Positions 26,982 to 38,813 of a stretch of 64,000 nucleotides of DNA are shown here, piece by piece. Every line of letters begins with the position of its first letter. The stretch's first letter is position 1. The notes beneath the pieces were generated by a model that did no database searches, had not been told where the DNA came from, and saw only the letters and a list, made by a program, of their open reading frames with translations. Made by a program: the position numbers and the translations under genes. The stretch is taken from the NCBI RefSeq assembly GCF_006345805.1, contig NC_043020.1, positions 10,850,001 through 10,914,000 of the forward strand. The letters are read 5' to 3'. This stretch comes from Octopus sinensis (lineage: Eukaryota).

Positions 26982-27584
26982 AAAAATTCCCCCTCCCCGA
27001 TTTTACAGATTTATACACGTGGAAGGTTCCATTTTTTTTCCTTTAGGGCGGGTGCCACAGACTTGCGCGTGTGCGTCCGTCCGTCGACTGACTAGCGCGA
27101 GTCCACTCGTCTTAAGTAGTACTAAAGGTTCTTTCCCCATGGTTAAATGCGTTGTGCCAAAAAAATTGGCCAAAATCGGTCCGGGAATGGTGGTGAGGAG
27201 GTTGAGGTAGGTGAAAAGAAAAATCATAAATTTGGGAAATTTTTTTCATAAAGAAAAAAAAGTAAATCTATAGTTCCCACCAGACATGATTTCGGTACTA
27301 CATAATTTTTTCCCCCGCGTTTTCTAGGGGTGCAATTGTTTTAGTTGACTTCATAAGCTGTGGGAATGCAATTTTCCGTAGAAACACGAGAGAAAAGAGA
27401 ATAAGTAGAATATAAATACTAGGTTTACAAAGAGTAAGTCCGGGGTAGATTTGCTCGACAAAAGGCGGGTCAAATGACTGAAACACGTATAAAAGAGTAA
27501 AAGAGAATAAGTACTAGGCTTACAAAGAATAAGTCCTGGGGTCGATTTGCTCGATAAAGGCGGTGCTCCAGCATGGCCGCAGTC

Positions 27585-27595
27585 GGAAATTCCCC
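27585..27595 (-). promoter_or_regulatory. Candidate NF-kB site in intron 1 of gene 2
   Basis: Minus strand GGGGAATTTCC fits the kB consensus; motif match only. Confidence 0.3.
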
Positions 27596-28946
27596 TTTCC
27601 GACCCAGTCTCCTGCATTTTTTAATCTTTTTTTTGCAATCGTCTTGACTTCATATGTATAGGAAATGCATTTTTTTGTGTGGAAAACGGAGGGGTAGGGC
27701 GGAACGTAGGGCAGTCCTGTATATCTTTCGTCACCGGATTTGTGCTGGAATCGATCCTTACTGGCAATCTGGGATGGGTTGTATTATATAATTTTTACTG
27801 CCTCAATAATAATAAAAAATTGTCTTTTGCAGCAGTTTTTTTTTTTCTCCAGTAGAGATAAATAAATACCGGTCAGATAAAAATACAATTTTTTAAAATA
27901 AAATGTCGTATGTGTTCCAGTTCCCCAGCTGGACGGAACGTCAGTCCATCGCAGCGTTACTCATTTTTGCCAGCTGAGTGGACTGGAGCCACGTGGAATG
28001 ATGTGTTTTGCCCAAGACACAACGCATCGCCCGGTCCAGGAATCGAAACCACAATCTTACGATCATGATGCTGACACCCTAACCACTAAGTCACGCGCCT
28101 CCACGGTCGGTGCAGATAGTTTGAACGAAAAGCCGGCCTTTTCGCTCATTCTTTTAATCTCGCCAAAACGTTCAATGTTTTGTGCGTGTGTGCATATGTG
28201 GTGTCAACAAAATTTCTTTGTGATTTTATTATTGAATGTTGGGCGATCTTTCGTTTGTAGTAGCACGATTGCCTAATATACATACATATACACATACACC
28301 GAGTAAAAAATTTCAGTTATCTCTTTCTTTCACACATTACTCTGTCTCTTCACACACCTAACAGAAGCACTTCACTTACACAACATACTGTCGCTCCCAC
28401 ACCCCATCAAACACACACACCACACATGTACATCAATGCTTCCCATGCACGGTAACTTCAAAAGAACTTCCCTCGTCATACAATCACTTTCTCTTAGTCT
28501 CTTTCGCTCCATTACTTCAAAAGTTCCCGCAAGCCCATATGTAAAAAAAAAAAATTTTACGGAAATCGACGGAAAGGTCTACTAGAGACGAAAGATCGCC
28601 AAGATGGCCTACTAGAGACGAAAGATCGCCAAGATCAGGAAAGAATACTTTCCCATAGCTTACGAGGTCAACTAAAAAAAAAAAAAATTATTTAGTACCG
28701 AACTTGAGTCTGGTGTGGTACTATAAATTTACCGAAAGATGTACCCACTACCCTATTCCTTCCATCATTTATAAAAATAGAATGGAAAAAAACCCATGGC
28801 AACTAATGCGAGAGTCTTCATGCAACACGACGACGATGTCGCTGCTGATGTTTTTAAGTGTGGGATAGTAAAAAGAAATTGGACAAATTTAAACGTACGA
28901 AAACTATTCAAAAGCCTGCTGAAAGTAAATAAAGTTCGAGTTTTAC

Positions 28947-29284
28947 CTGGGTCAGCTTAATACTAACAACAACAACCGTTACAACAAGTATGATGATACA
29001 GAAAAAGGATCCGTATTGATAATACTTTGTTTCGACAATTTTCTGACATCTAGATTTTTCCTTATCGACCTGCTGGCCTAGTGGGTCATCCGTCGATTTA
29101 TTGTCATTGGTGTTGTTCGGACTTTCGACAAGGGCTTGTTGCTCATCCGTCGATTTATTGTCATTGGTGTTGTTCGGACTTTCGACAAGGGCTTGTTGTT
29201 CATCCTTCCTTTGATCAGCTTCTTCAGGGTTTTCAGGAGGATTTTCATCTGGGTTAGGAGAATTCCTGTTTCAGCAGGAGGCAT
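28947..29284 (-). CDS. TNF-like gene 2, first coding exon: acidic/Asn/Pro-rich cytoplasmic tail plus type II transmembrane helix (MPPAE[N]RNSPNPDENPP...KYYQYGSFFCIIILVVTVVVVSIKLTQ); needs +1 nt near 29270
   Basis: ATG at 29284. The frame carrying the hydrophobic run FFCIIILVVTVVVVSI ends at a phase-0 donor CAG|gtaaaa at 28947, matching the phase-0 start of the stalk exon. ATG to donor is 338 nt, one short of 339. This frame is absent from the ORF track. Confidence 0.75.
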
Positions 29285-29833
29285 TTTTGAAAGTTTCCGC
29301 ACACTAGAAAGGAGAAACACGATGTGAACAGCAGCGATTAAACTACTGTGAATGAATGGATTCTTTTCGTTAAAGAATATAGTCACGCCACGGCTTGACG
29401 TTTCTCTTAACTCCTCCCCTTAACACACCCACGTTCTCTTCCGTTTCTCTCACTCTCTCCTGCCTTTCTCCTCACCTTCCTGTCTTTCTCTTTCTCTTGT
29501 TCGTTATCTCGTTTTCTTCTCTCTCTCTCCTCTCCCTCCTACCTCTCTCTCTCTCTCCTCCGTCCCTCCTCTCTCACTTCCTCCTTCCTCCCTCTCTCAC
29601 TTCCTCCTCCCTCCCTCTCTCCAATTTAGGCGGTTTAACTATTTGCTTTGACAACATAGTTATACGCGCACATATTTTTAGTGTTTTATATTAGTCTAGT
29701 GCAGTGGGTCCCAACCTTTTCACTAAAAAGGACCCCTTATATTTAAATGAGGTTTTTCCACGGACCCCTTCAATATGTTTGTCCTTATGTGTGTGTGAAG
29801 AAGAACGTGTAATATGTATGTATTATATATATA

Positions 29834-29877
<44 letters not shown>

Positions 29878-29911
29878 TAAATGGACACAGGCGATCGTTG
29901 TAGTAATATAA

Positions 29912-30725
29912 ATAATTATACCAATAAGGGTTTTGCAACAAGTTGCTCGACCACATACAGAAAATTTTTAGAAATAGCAGCCAAAGGACTACTATTTCCT
30001 TTTTCTACAAAAATATGTCTCCACAGACAACAATATTTGTAATTCACGTATGGCAAAAAAAAAAAAGATTTATTTATCGGAATATTATGTCGATAAAGGA
30101 AATTAATCTTATGATTCTAATCCAGAAACGTACCTCCATAATTAACCGAAGACTGTTTGATTTCATTATTTTCCTTTTGAACGGCACATGTTAACACAAT
30201 TTCTAGTTAACTAAACGCTTTAAAACTTCGTATACTGGTAGAATGTGTCAAAATAAAACATTTTTTTCTCTTGGCTTTCTTGATAAAATTGTAATTGGTT
30301 TGTTTAACGTAGTATACTTTTTCGATTTGTAACCAATAAATCGCCTCTAATTAAGCTAAATCATTTGCAGCGTTTAAACTGAGACAACATCCTCTCACTA
30401 ACCCTAACCCTAAATTTTTTTTTTTTTTAACTAGAAATTGTGTTGACATGTGCCGTTCAAAAGGAAAAGATCCTTTTTTCTTCTTTTTTTGCCATATGTG
30501 AGTTACAAATATTGTTGTCCGTGAAGACATATTTTTGTAGAAAAAGGAAATAGTAGTCCTCTGGCTGCTATTTCTAAAATTTTCGGTATGTGGTCAAGCA
30601 ACTTGTTGCAAAGACCCTTATTGTTATAATTATATAAACTTTTACCGAATATGGCCCTTTTCCATACCGAAATACTACTAGGTGAAATTTGTTGATTTTA
30701 TTAAATGAATTATCTTTCACCCTAT
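29912..30725. mobile_element. Asymmetric inverted-repeat element with a nested CCCTAA-containing MITE-like core
   Basis: Arms CAATAAGGGTTTTGCAACAAGTTG / CAACTTGTTGCAAAGACCCTTATTG; inner TTTGAACGGCACATG / CATGTGCCGTTCAAA. Confidence 0.6.
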
Positions 30726-30754
30726 ATCTGTAATGATTATATATAGTATATATA

Positions 30755-30827
<73 letters not shown>

Positions 30828-30877
30828 CATATATATAATATATACATATACATATATAATATACATATATATATATA

Positions 30878-30918
<41 letters not shown>

Positions 30919-30928
30919 TACATATATA

Positions 30929-33900
30929 TCATCATCATCATCATCATCATCATCGTTTAGCGTCCGTTTTCCATGCTAGCATGGTTGGACGGTTCTACTG
31001 GGGTCTGTGAAGCCAGAAGGCTTCATCAGGCCCAGTCAAATCTGGCAGTGTTTCTACGGCTGGATGCCCTTCCTAACGCCAACCACTCCGTGAGTGTAGT
31101 GGGTGCTTTTTACGTGCCACCCGCACTGGTGCCAGACAGAGCTGGCAAACGGCCACGAACGGATGGTGCTTTTTATGTGCCACCGGCACGAGGGCCAGGC
31201 GAGGCTGGCAACGGACACGAAACGGGGCGGTGCTGGCAACGGTCGCGAAACGGAAAGTTCTCTTACATGCCACCGGCACTGGTAACACATCTGCAATTTC
31301 CATTGATCGATTTCCATTGATCGATTTCGATTCTGATCCTCACTTGCCTCAACGGGTCTTCACAAGCAGAGTTTCGACATGCCACCGGCACTGGTAGCAC
31401 ATCCGCAATTTCCATTGATCGATTTCGATTCTGATCCTCACTTGCCTCAACACGTCTTCACAAGTAGAGTTTTGTGTCCCAAGAAGGGAAGGTATGCATA
31501 CGTAGGCTGGCTCCATCCCATGTAGAAGGCCACGGGTTATGGACTCACTTGTCCTGCCGGGTCTTCTCGCGCACAGCACACTTCCAGAGGTCTCGGTCTC
31601 TAGTCATTTCCTCAGTGAGACCTAAAGTTCGAAGGTCGTGCTTCACCACCTCGTCCCAGGTTTTTCCTGGGTCTGCCTCTTCCACAGGTTCCCTCAACCG
31701 CTAGGGTGTGGCACTTTTTCACACAACTATCTTCATCCATTCTCGCCACATGACCATACCAGCGCAAACGTCTCTCTTGCACACCACAACTGATGCTTCT
31801 TAGGTCCAGCTTTTCTCTCAAGGTACTTACACTCTGCCGAGTGTGAGTACCGGCATTACACATCCATCGGAGCATACTGGCTTCATTTCTAGCGAGCTTA
31901 CGCATATCCTCAGCAGTCACGGCCCATGTTTCACTGCCATGTAGCATGGCTGTTCGTACACACGCATCATACAGTCTGCCTTTCACTCTGTGCGAGAGGC
32001 CTTTTGTCACCAGCAGAGGTAAGAGCTCTCTGAACTTTGCCCAAGCTATTCTTACTCTAGCAGTTACACTTTCAGCACACCCGCCCCCGCTGCTGACTTG
32101 GTCACCTAGGTAACGGAAACTATCAACTATTTCTAGTTTTTCTCCCTGGAAAGTGACGGAAGTTGGTCTCAGAGCATTTTCAGTGTTTATTGTTCCTGAG
32201 CATCTGCCACATACAAAAACCATCTTCCTAGTTAGCCTTCCTTGACATTGCTGCATCTCTTATGTGTCCATAGCTTACACTTGGTGCATCTTATAGAGTT
32301 TCTACCTACACCTTTTCTACAGATCGAGCAGGGCCATCTACCTGAAGGTGTTTGTGATTTGTCTACCTTCCTACTGATTACGACTTTGGTTTTAGCTAGA
32401 TTGACTCTGAGGCCCTTCGATTCTAATCCTTGTTTCCACACCTGAAACTTCTCCTCCAGTTCTGATAGCGACTCAGCAATTAGAGCAAGGTCATCAGCAT
32501 AGAGGAGCTCCCAAGGGCATCCTGTCTTGAATTCCTCCGTTATTGCCTGGAGGACTATGATAAATAGGAGGGGGCTGAGTACTGAGCCTTGGTGGACTCC
32601 TACCTCTACCCGGAATTCTTCACTGTACTCATTTCCAACCCTCACCCTACTAGCGGCGTCCCTATACATGGCCCGCACAGCTCTCACTAACCATTCATCT
32701 ATCCCTAGTTTCCTCATTGCCCACCAGATAAGGGATCGGGGGACCCTGTCGAAGGCTTTCTCCATGTCAACAAAAGCCAGGTACAGGGGCTTATCTTTGG
32801 CTAGGTATTTCTCCTGCAGCTGCCTTACCAGGAATATAGCATCAGTAGTACTTTTCCCTGGCACAAACCCAAACTGCATCTCATCTAAACTAACTCTCTC
32901 TCTAATTAGTTGGGCTATGACCCTCTCCGTAACCTTCATCACCTGGTCCAACAGCTTGATACCTCTGTAGTTATTTGTATCTAGGGCATCACCTTTACCT
33001 TTGTAGCAGTTGACTATTATACTGCTACACCAGTCATTGGGTATGACCCCTTTGTGTATCACCTGATTAACTATACGGGTGACTAGGCTATAGCCGACAC
33101 TACCAGACATTTTGAGCATCTCTGCAGTGATTCCTGATGGGCCTGGGGCTTTCCCTGTCTTCATGCTTCTAATTGCCTTAGCTACCACGGAACTATCAAC
33201 TCGGATAGCTGGTCCCTCTGTTGGGTCAACATTCGGCAGACTCTCTTTATCCCAAGTGGCATCTCCAAACCTCTCTCTTTGCATCCTCATTTAGCGCAAG
33301 TGAACCATCTTCCATGCGAACACACTTCTCTCCTACCACATCACGATTCTCTCTCACACACTGTCTTGCAACACGAAACACCTCCAGTCTTTGGTCCTCA
33401 CGGCGCAGAACATTGGCAAATTTTTTCTTGTCTGCTTCCCCTCTGGCTAAATAAACCTGTCTCCTAGCTTCTCTTTTGGCAGTCTGATACAATCCCCTGC
33501 TACCCCCATTTTTCCAGACCTTCCAAGCCTGTCTCTTTTCTCTAATAGCCCTGTCTACAATATTGTTCCACCACCACGTTATTCTAGGTCGAGAGGGGAC
33601 TTTGCACCAGCCACAGATCTGGTCAGTGGCTCTCAGCAGGTTGTCCCTTAGAAACGTCCAGCTGTCTTCTACCCCCTGTGATGCTCTATCCCCTTCTACT
33701 TCGTCAGAGGCTTCAAGTAATATGTCCCTAAATCTCTGTCCATTTGCAGGATCTTTAAGCTTCCAGATCCTTCTTCTCCATATTTGTCGTCTTCTGGTTG
33801 TCCTCCTAGTCCTGATCCTAAAGTCACTAACTACCAGTCTATGTTGTGGGGTACATTCTTCACCTTGGGAAGGTTTTGGCATTTATAAGCAGCCATCTCT

Positions 33901-34900
33901 CCTTTGCCTTGTAAGGATGTAGTCAATTTGGCTGGTATGTTGGCCCGATTGGTAAGTGACTAGGTGGCTGGTAGGTTTCCTGAAGTTAGTGTTGCAAATC
34001 ATAAGATTATTTGCATCGCAGAACTCCAGCAGCCTGGTTCCCTCCTCGTTGCGGGAGCCATAGCCATAGCCTCCATGTACGCCCCCAGCATGTCGTCCAA
34101 CGTGACCATTGAAGTCACCAGCCACAAAGATAAGGTCTCTGTCGTTCGTCAACGAGGTAGTCTGCAGTAGAGTGTCATAGAATCGGTCTTTCTGTCCATC
34201 GGGTAGCCCCGACTGAGGAGCATAGGCTGATATAATGGTTGCTAAACTATGATGAAGCACTAATCTAATCTTAAGTATTCTGTCACATTACTCTGATACC
34301 TCAATTACTTTATCTACCCATTTCTCAGCGATAAGTATACCACGCCACCAACCCCGTCAGTTCCCTGCCCAGAAAATCTTGTACCTGCGTTCCTTGCCTG
34401 TGAGGAACCTAGCTGATCCTCCTCTCCACCTTATTTCTTGCATGCAACATATATCCACACATCTCCGTTCAAGCATCTCAACTATCTCACCAGACCTACC
34501 TTTCAGAGTGCCAACGTTGAGGGTGCCAACCCTGAGGGTGTGGGAGGCATGGACTCTAGAGACCCTGGGACGGTGGACAGTAGCTTCGTGTACCTGAAAA
34601 GAAAGCTCGCATTTGGCAGAATTCATGTGCAAGAAATGAAGTAGTAGTAAAGTAGCCTTCAGTACAACCTGCATAACGCTAGCCTTTCATATTTTGCACT
34701 GTATGAACATTACCTTACATAGGTCGAGACTAGGGGTAGGGAGGGGTAGGGATGGTGAGAGCATTTGCAGTCTTCATGGGAAGCAACCCCGGAATGGCAG
34801 AGAATAGGAACTTCCGGCATGCGTGTTGGGGGTGGTAGGGCGGGTGCACCGTAGCTGAGTAAAGAGGTTCTGTTAATCGTATGAGCTAGCAAATGGGTTT
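30929..34900 (-). mobile_element. Near full-length RTE-clade LINE (AP endonuclease + reverse transcriptase + Cys-rich module), broken into five ORF pieces; 5' UTR may extend to ~35390
   Basis: APE motifs GTLNVGTL, QEIRW, SAYAPQ, GDFNGHVG, IDYIL. RT motifs KAPGPSGI, NYRGIKLL, QFGF, FVDMEKAFD, HQGSVLSP, LLYADD. RTE 3' tail ending in (GAT)n at 30929. Confidence 0.95.
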
Positions 34901-35391
34901 GTATGAATCGGGAGACAACACTAAACGAAAAATTGAAAAATCAGAGTAGCTATGAACCTGTAGACAAGTCTAAACGAAAAAAAAATGTTTGAGCTAGACA
35001 GGGTAATGAGGGAATACTGAAAGAATGAGGGACAATACAATGAGATGGAAATTGAAGAATAGAGAAAGAATAAGAATAAGTGCAAGAAAGAAGGTAGGCG
35101 TAGCGAGGTTGGACGATTCACTTAACTTTTAGCCATTCATGATCTGTGCGTATTCTTTAGATATTTTGAAGCGAGTGGGTTGTTAACGATAAATGCGATC
35201 GCTCTTTTATTATGGCGATGATGGTTTTGGGAAGGGGGGGGGCATAGAGAACCATGGCGATGATGGTTATGGGAAGGGGGGACATAGAGAGAGAGAGATA
35301 GGGTTAGTTAGAGAGAGGTCAAGGGACACGTGACAATAAGCGGTGTGAGGGAATTTGACTGGGGACGGCATTGTCGATAAATAAACATTAG

Positions 35392-35678
35392 ATAAATATA
35401 TATATATATATACACATATATATATATATATACACATATATATATTACACATATATATATACACATATATATATACACAATATATATATATACACATATA
35501 TATACACATATACCTATATATACACATATATATACACATATACATATATATACACATATATATACACATATATATATATACACACATATATATACACATA
35601 TATATATATACACATATATATATATATACACATATATATATATAACACATATATATATATATACACATATATATACAC

Positions 35679-35709
<31 letters not shown>

Positions 35710-36347
35710 CACATATATATATATACACATATATATATATATACACATATATATATATATACACATATATATATATACACATATATATATATATACACAT
35801 ATATATATATATACACATATATATATATACGCATATATATACACATATATATACATACATATATATATACATACATATATATATACATACATATATATAT
35901 ACAAACATATATATATACACATATATATATACACATATATATATACACATATATATATACACATATATATATATACACATATATATATACATATATATAT
36001 ATACACATATAATATATACACTATATATATATATATACACATATATATATATATATACACATATATATATTATACACATATATATATATATACACATATA
36101 TATATATATACAATATATATATATATACACATATAATATACACACATATATATATACACATATATATATATACACATATATATATTACATATATATATAC
36201 ATATATATATATATACACATATATAATATACATACATATATATATACATATATATACATATACATATATATATAATACATATACATATATATACATATAC
36301 ATATATATACATATACATATATATACATATACATATATATATAATAC

Positions 36348-36414
<67 letters not shown>

Positions 36415-36417
36415 CAT

Positions 36418-36451
<34 letters not shown>

Positions 36452-37262
36452 ATATACATATACATATATATATATACACATATATATATATACAATATAT
36501 ATATATACATATATATATATATACATATATATATATACATATAATATATCATACATATATATAATACATATATATACATACATATATATATACATACATA
36601 TATATATACATACATATATATATACATACATATATATATACATACATATATATATACATACATATATATATACATACATATATATATATACATATATATA
36701 TACATATATATATACATATATATATATATACATATATATATATACATATATATACATATATATATATACATATATATATATACATATATATATATATACA
36801 TATATATATATACATATATATATATACATATATATATATACATATATATTATATACATATATATATATACTATATATACATATATATATATACATATATA
36901 TACATATATATATATATACATATATATATATACATATATATAGATATACATATATACATATATATACATATATATTATATATATATACATATATATATAC
37001 ACATATATATATCAATATACATATATTATATACATATATATATATATATACTATATATACATATACATATATATACATATCATATATATACATATACATA
37101 TATATACATATACATATATATACATATACATATATATACATATACATATATATACATATATAATACATATATATATATATATATATACATATATATACAT
37201 ATATATATATTATATATATATACATATATATACATATATATACATATATATATATATATATA
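35392..37262. repeat. ~1.9-kb (TA)n/(TATACA)n compound microsatellite
   Basis: Direct reading. Similar tracts near 8225-8830, 11228-11390, 30725-30930, 49700-50465, 55905-56345, 63265-63600; (ATT/ATC)n at 55035-55250. Confidence 0.95.
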
Positions 37263-37263
37263 G

Positions 37264-38766
37264 AGGAGTGGCTGTGTGGTAAGTAGCTTGCTAACCAACC
37301 ACACGGTTGCGGGTTCAGTCCCACTGCGTGGCATCTTGGGCAAGTGTCTTCTGCTATAGCCCGGGCGACCAATGCCTTGTGAGCGGATTTGGTAGACGGA
37401 AACTGAAAGAAGCCTGTCGTATATATGTATATATATGTATATGTGTGTTTGCGTGTCTGTGTTTGTGTCCCCCTAGCATTGCTTGACAACCGATGCTGGT
37501 GTGTTTTGTGTACCCGTCACTTAGCGGTTCGGCAATAAGAGACCGATAGAATAAGTACTAAAAGGTGGTGCTCCAGCATGGCCGCAGTCAAATGACTGAA
37601 ACAAGTAAAATAGTAAAAGAGAGAGAATATAATATAAATTGGACATGGGCAATCGTTGTATTCTTTCTTGTTTTGAGGTTCACACCCAAACGGCTGGGTG
37701 GATTCGCGTGAAAATGGCACACTTATGCAAACGGGTGCATACATCGGAATGGGGTTTGTATTTTGGCAATCTTTCGTCTCTAGTAGACCTTTCCGTCGAT
37801 TTCCTTAAAAAAATTTTTTTTTCACATATGGGCTTGCGGGAACTTTTGAAGTAATGAGAGCGAAAGAGACTAAGAGAAAGCGATTGTATGACGAGGGAAG
37901 TTCTTTTGAAGTTACCGTGCATGGGAGCATTGATGTACATGTGTGTGTGGTTTGATGGGGTGTGGGAGACAGACAGTATGTTGTGTAAGTGAAGTGCTTC
38001 TGTTAGTGTGTGTGAAGAGACAGAGTAATGTGTGAAAGAAAGAGATAACTGAAATTTTTTACTCGGTGTATGTGTATATGTATGTATATCACTTCAAAAG
38101 TTCCCGCAAGCCCATATGTAAAAAAAAAAAATTTTTTACGGAAATCGACGGAAAGGTCTAGTAGAGACGAAAGATCGCCTGTATTTTTTTCCTAGTCCCA
38201 CCCCCGATATTTACCTAGAAAATTGATTAAAACTTTTTCTATTGGAATTCCCCCGTTTGTTCTGCCATTAAAACAACCAGTTGCTCACAAAAGCCGGCAT
38301 ATACCATTTCGCTAGAAACAAGGGAGTGCAGGATGACAGTCAGCCACAACTTCCACTATGCTGTCTCTTTCTTTCACCTCTCGCACGCACCCACAAACAC
38401 ACACACACACATCCATTTCATATATCTTCTTCCAATTTCTGCTCTCTGCAAATAAAATTTTGGGATTAATGTATAATTTCTTTCTATGTTCATAATTAAA
38501 TCACTGTTTTTAATGATTAGACAGAGGTCCAATAGAATAGCTCTCAGAAACAGACTACATACAAATTCGTTCTTCACAACTCCTGAAGCTGTTTTTTCTG
38601 GCAAGGGGGCAGGGAGTCCGGAAATTTTCATACGGCTGGAGGCTCCAATCGATACAGGGGACCCGAAATTATGAAGTTGAGAAAAGGTGGTATAGATTAT
38701 GCCTAACCGAAAACGATCACAGCGACATCATCCAAAAAGGCCGGGTGAAACAGGGTTTTGCTGTTA

Positions 38767-38813
<47 letters not shown>

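Noticed and set aside
29078-29386. 102-aa minus-strand ORF MTIFFNEK...RRMTH
   Set aside because: Only its MPPAE segment is likely real; the domain-consistent frame with the TM helix and phase-0 donor is shifted from it.
29390-29625. Defined promoter elements for gene 2 (TGACG half-site, GA-rich tract)
   Set aside because: Position is plausible but motifs are short and low-complexity, with no start-site evidence.
35267-37489. Long ORFs up to 434 aa rich in Y/I/M/C/V (also 8075-8858, 11145-11633, 49592-50820, 55712-56496)
   Set aside because: Translations of (TA)n/(CA)n microsatellites that lack stops by composition.
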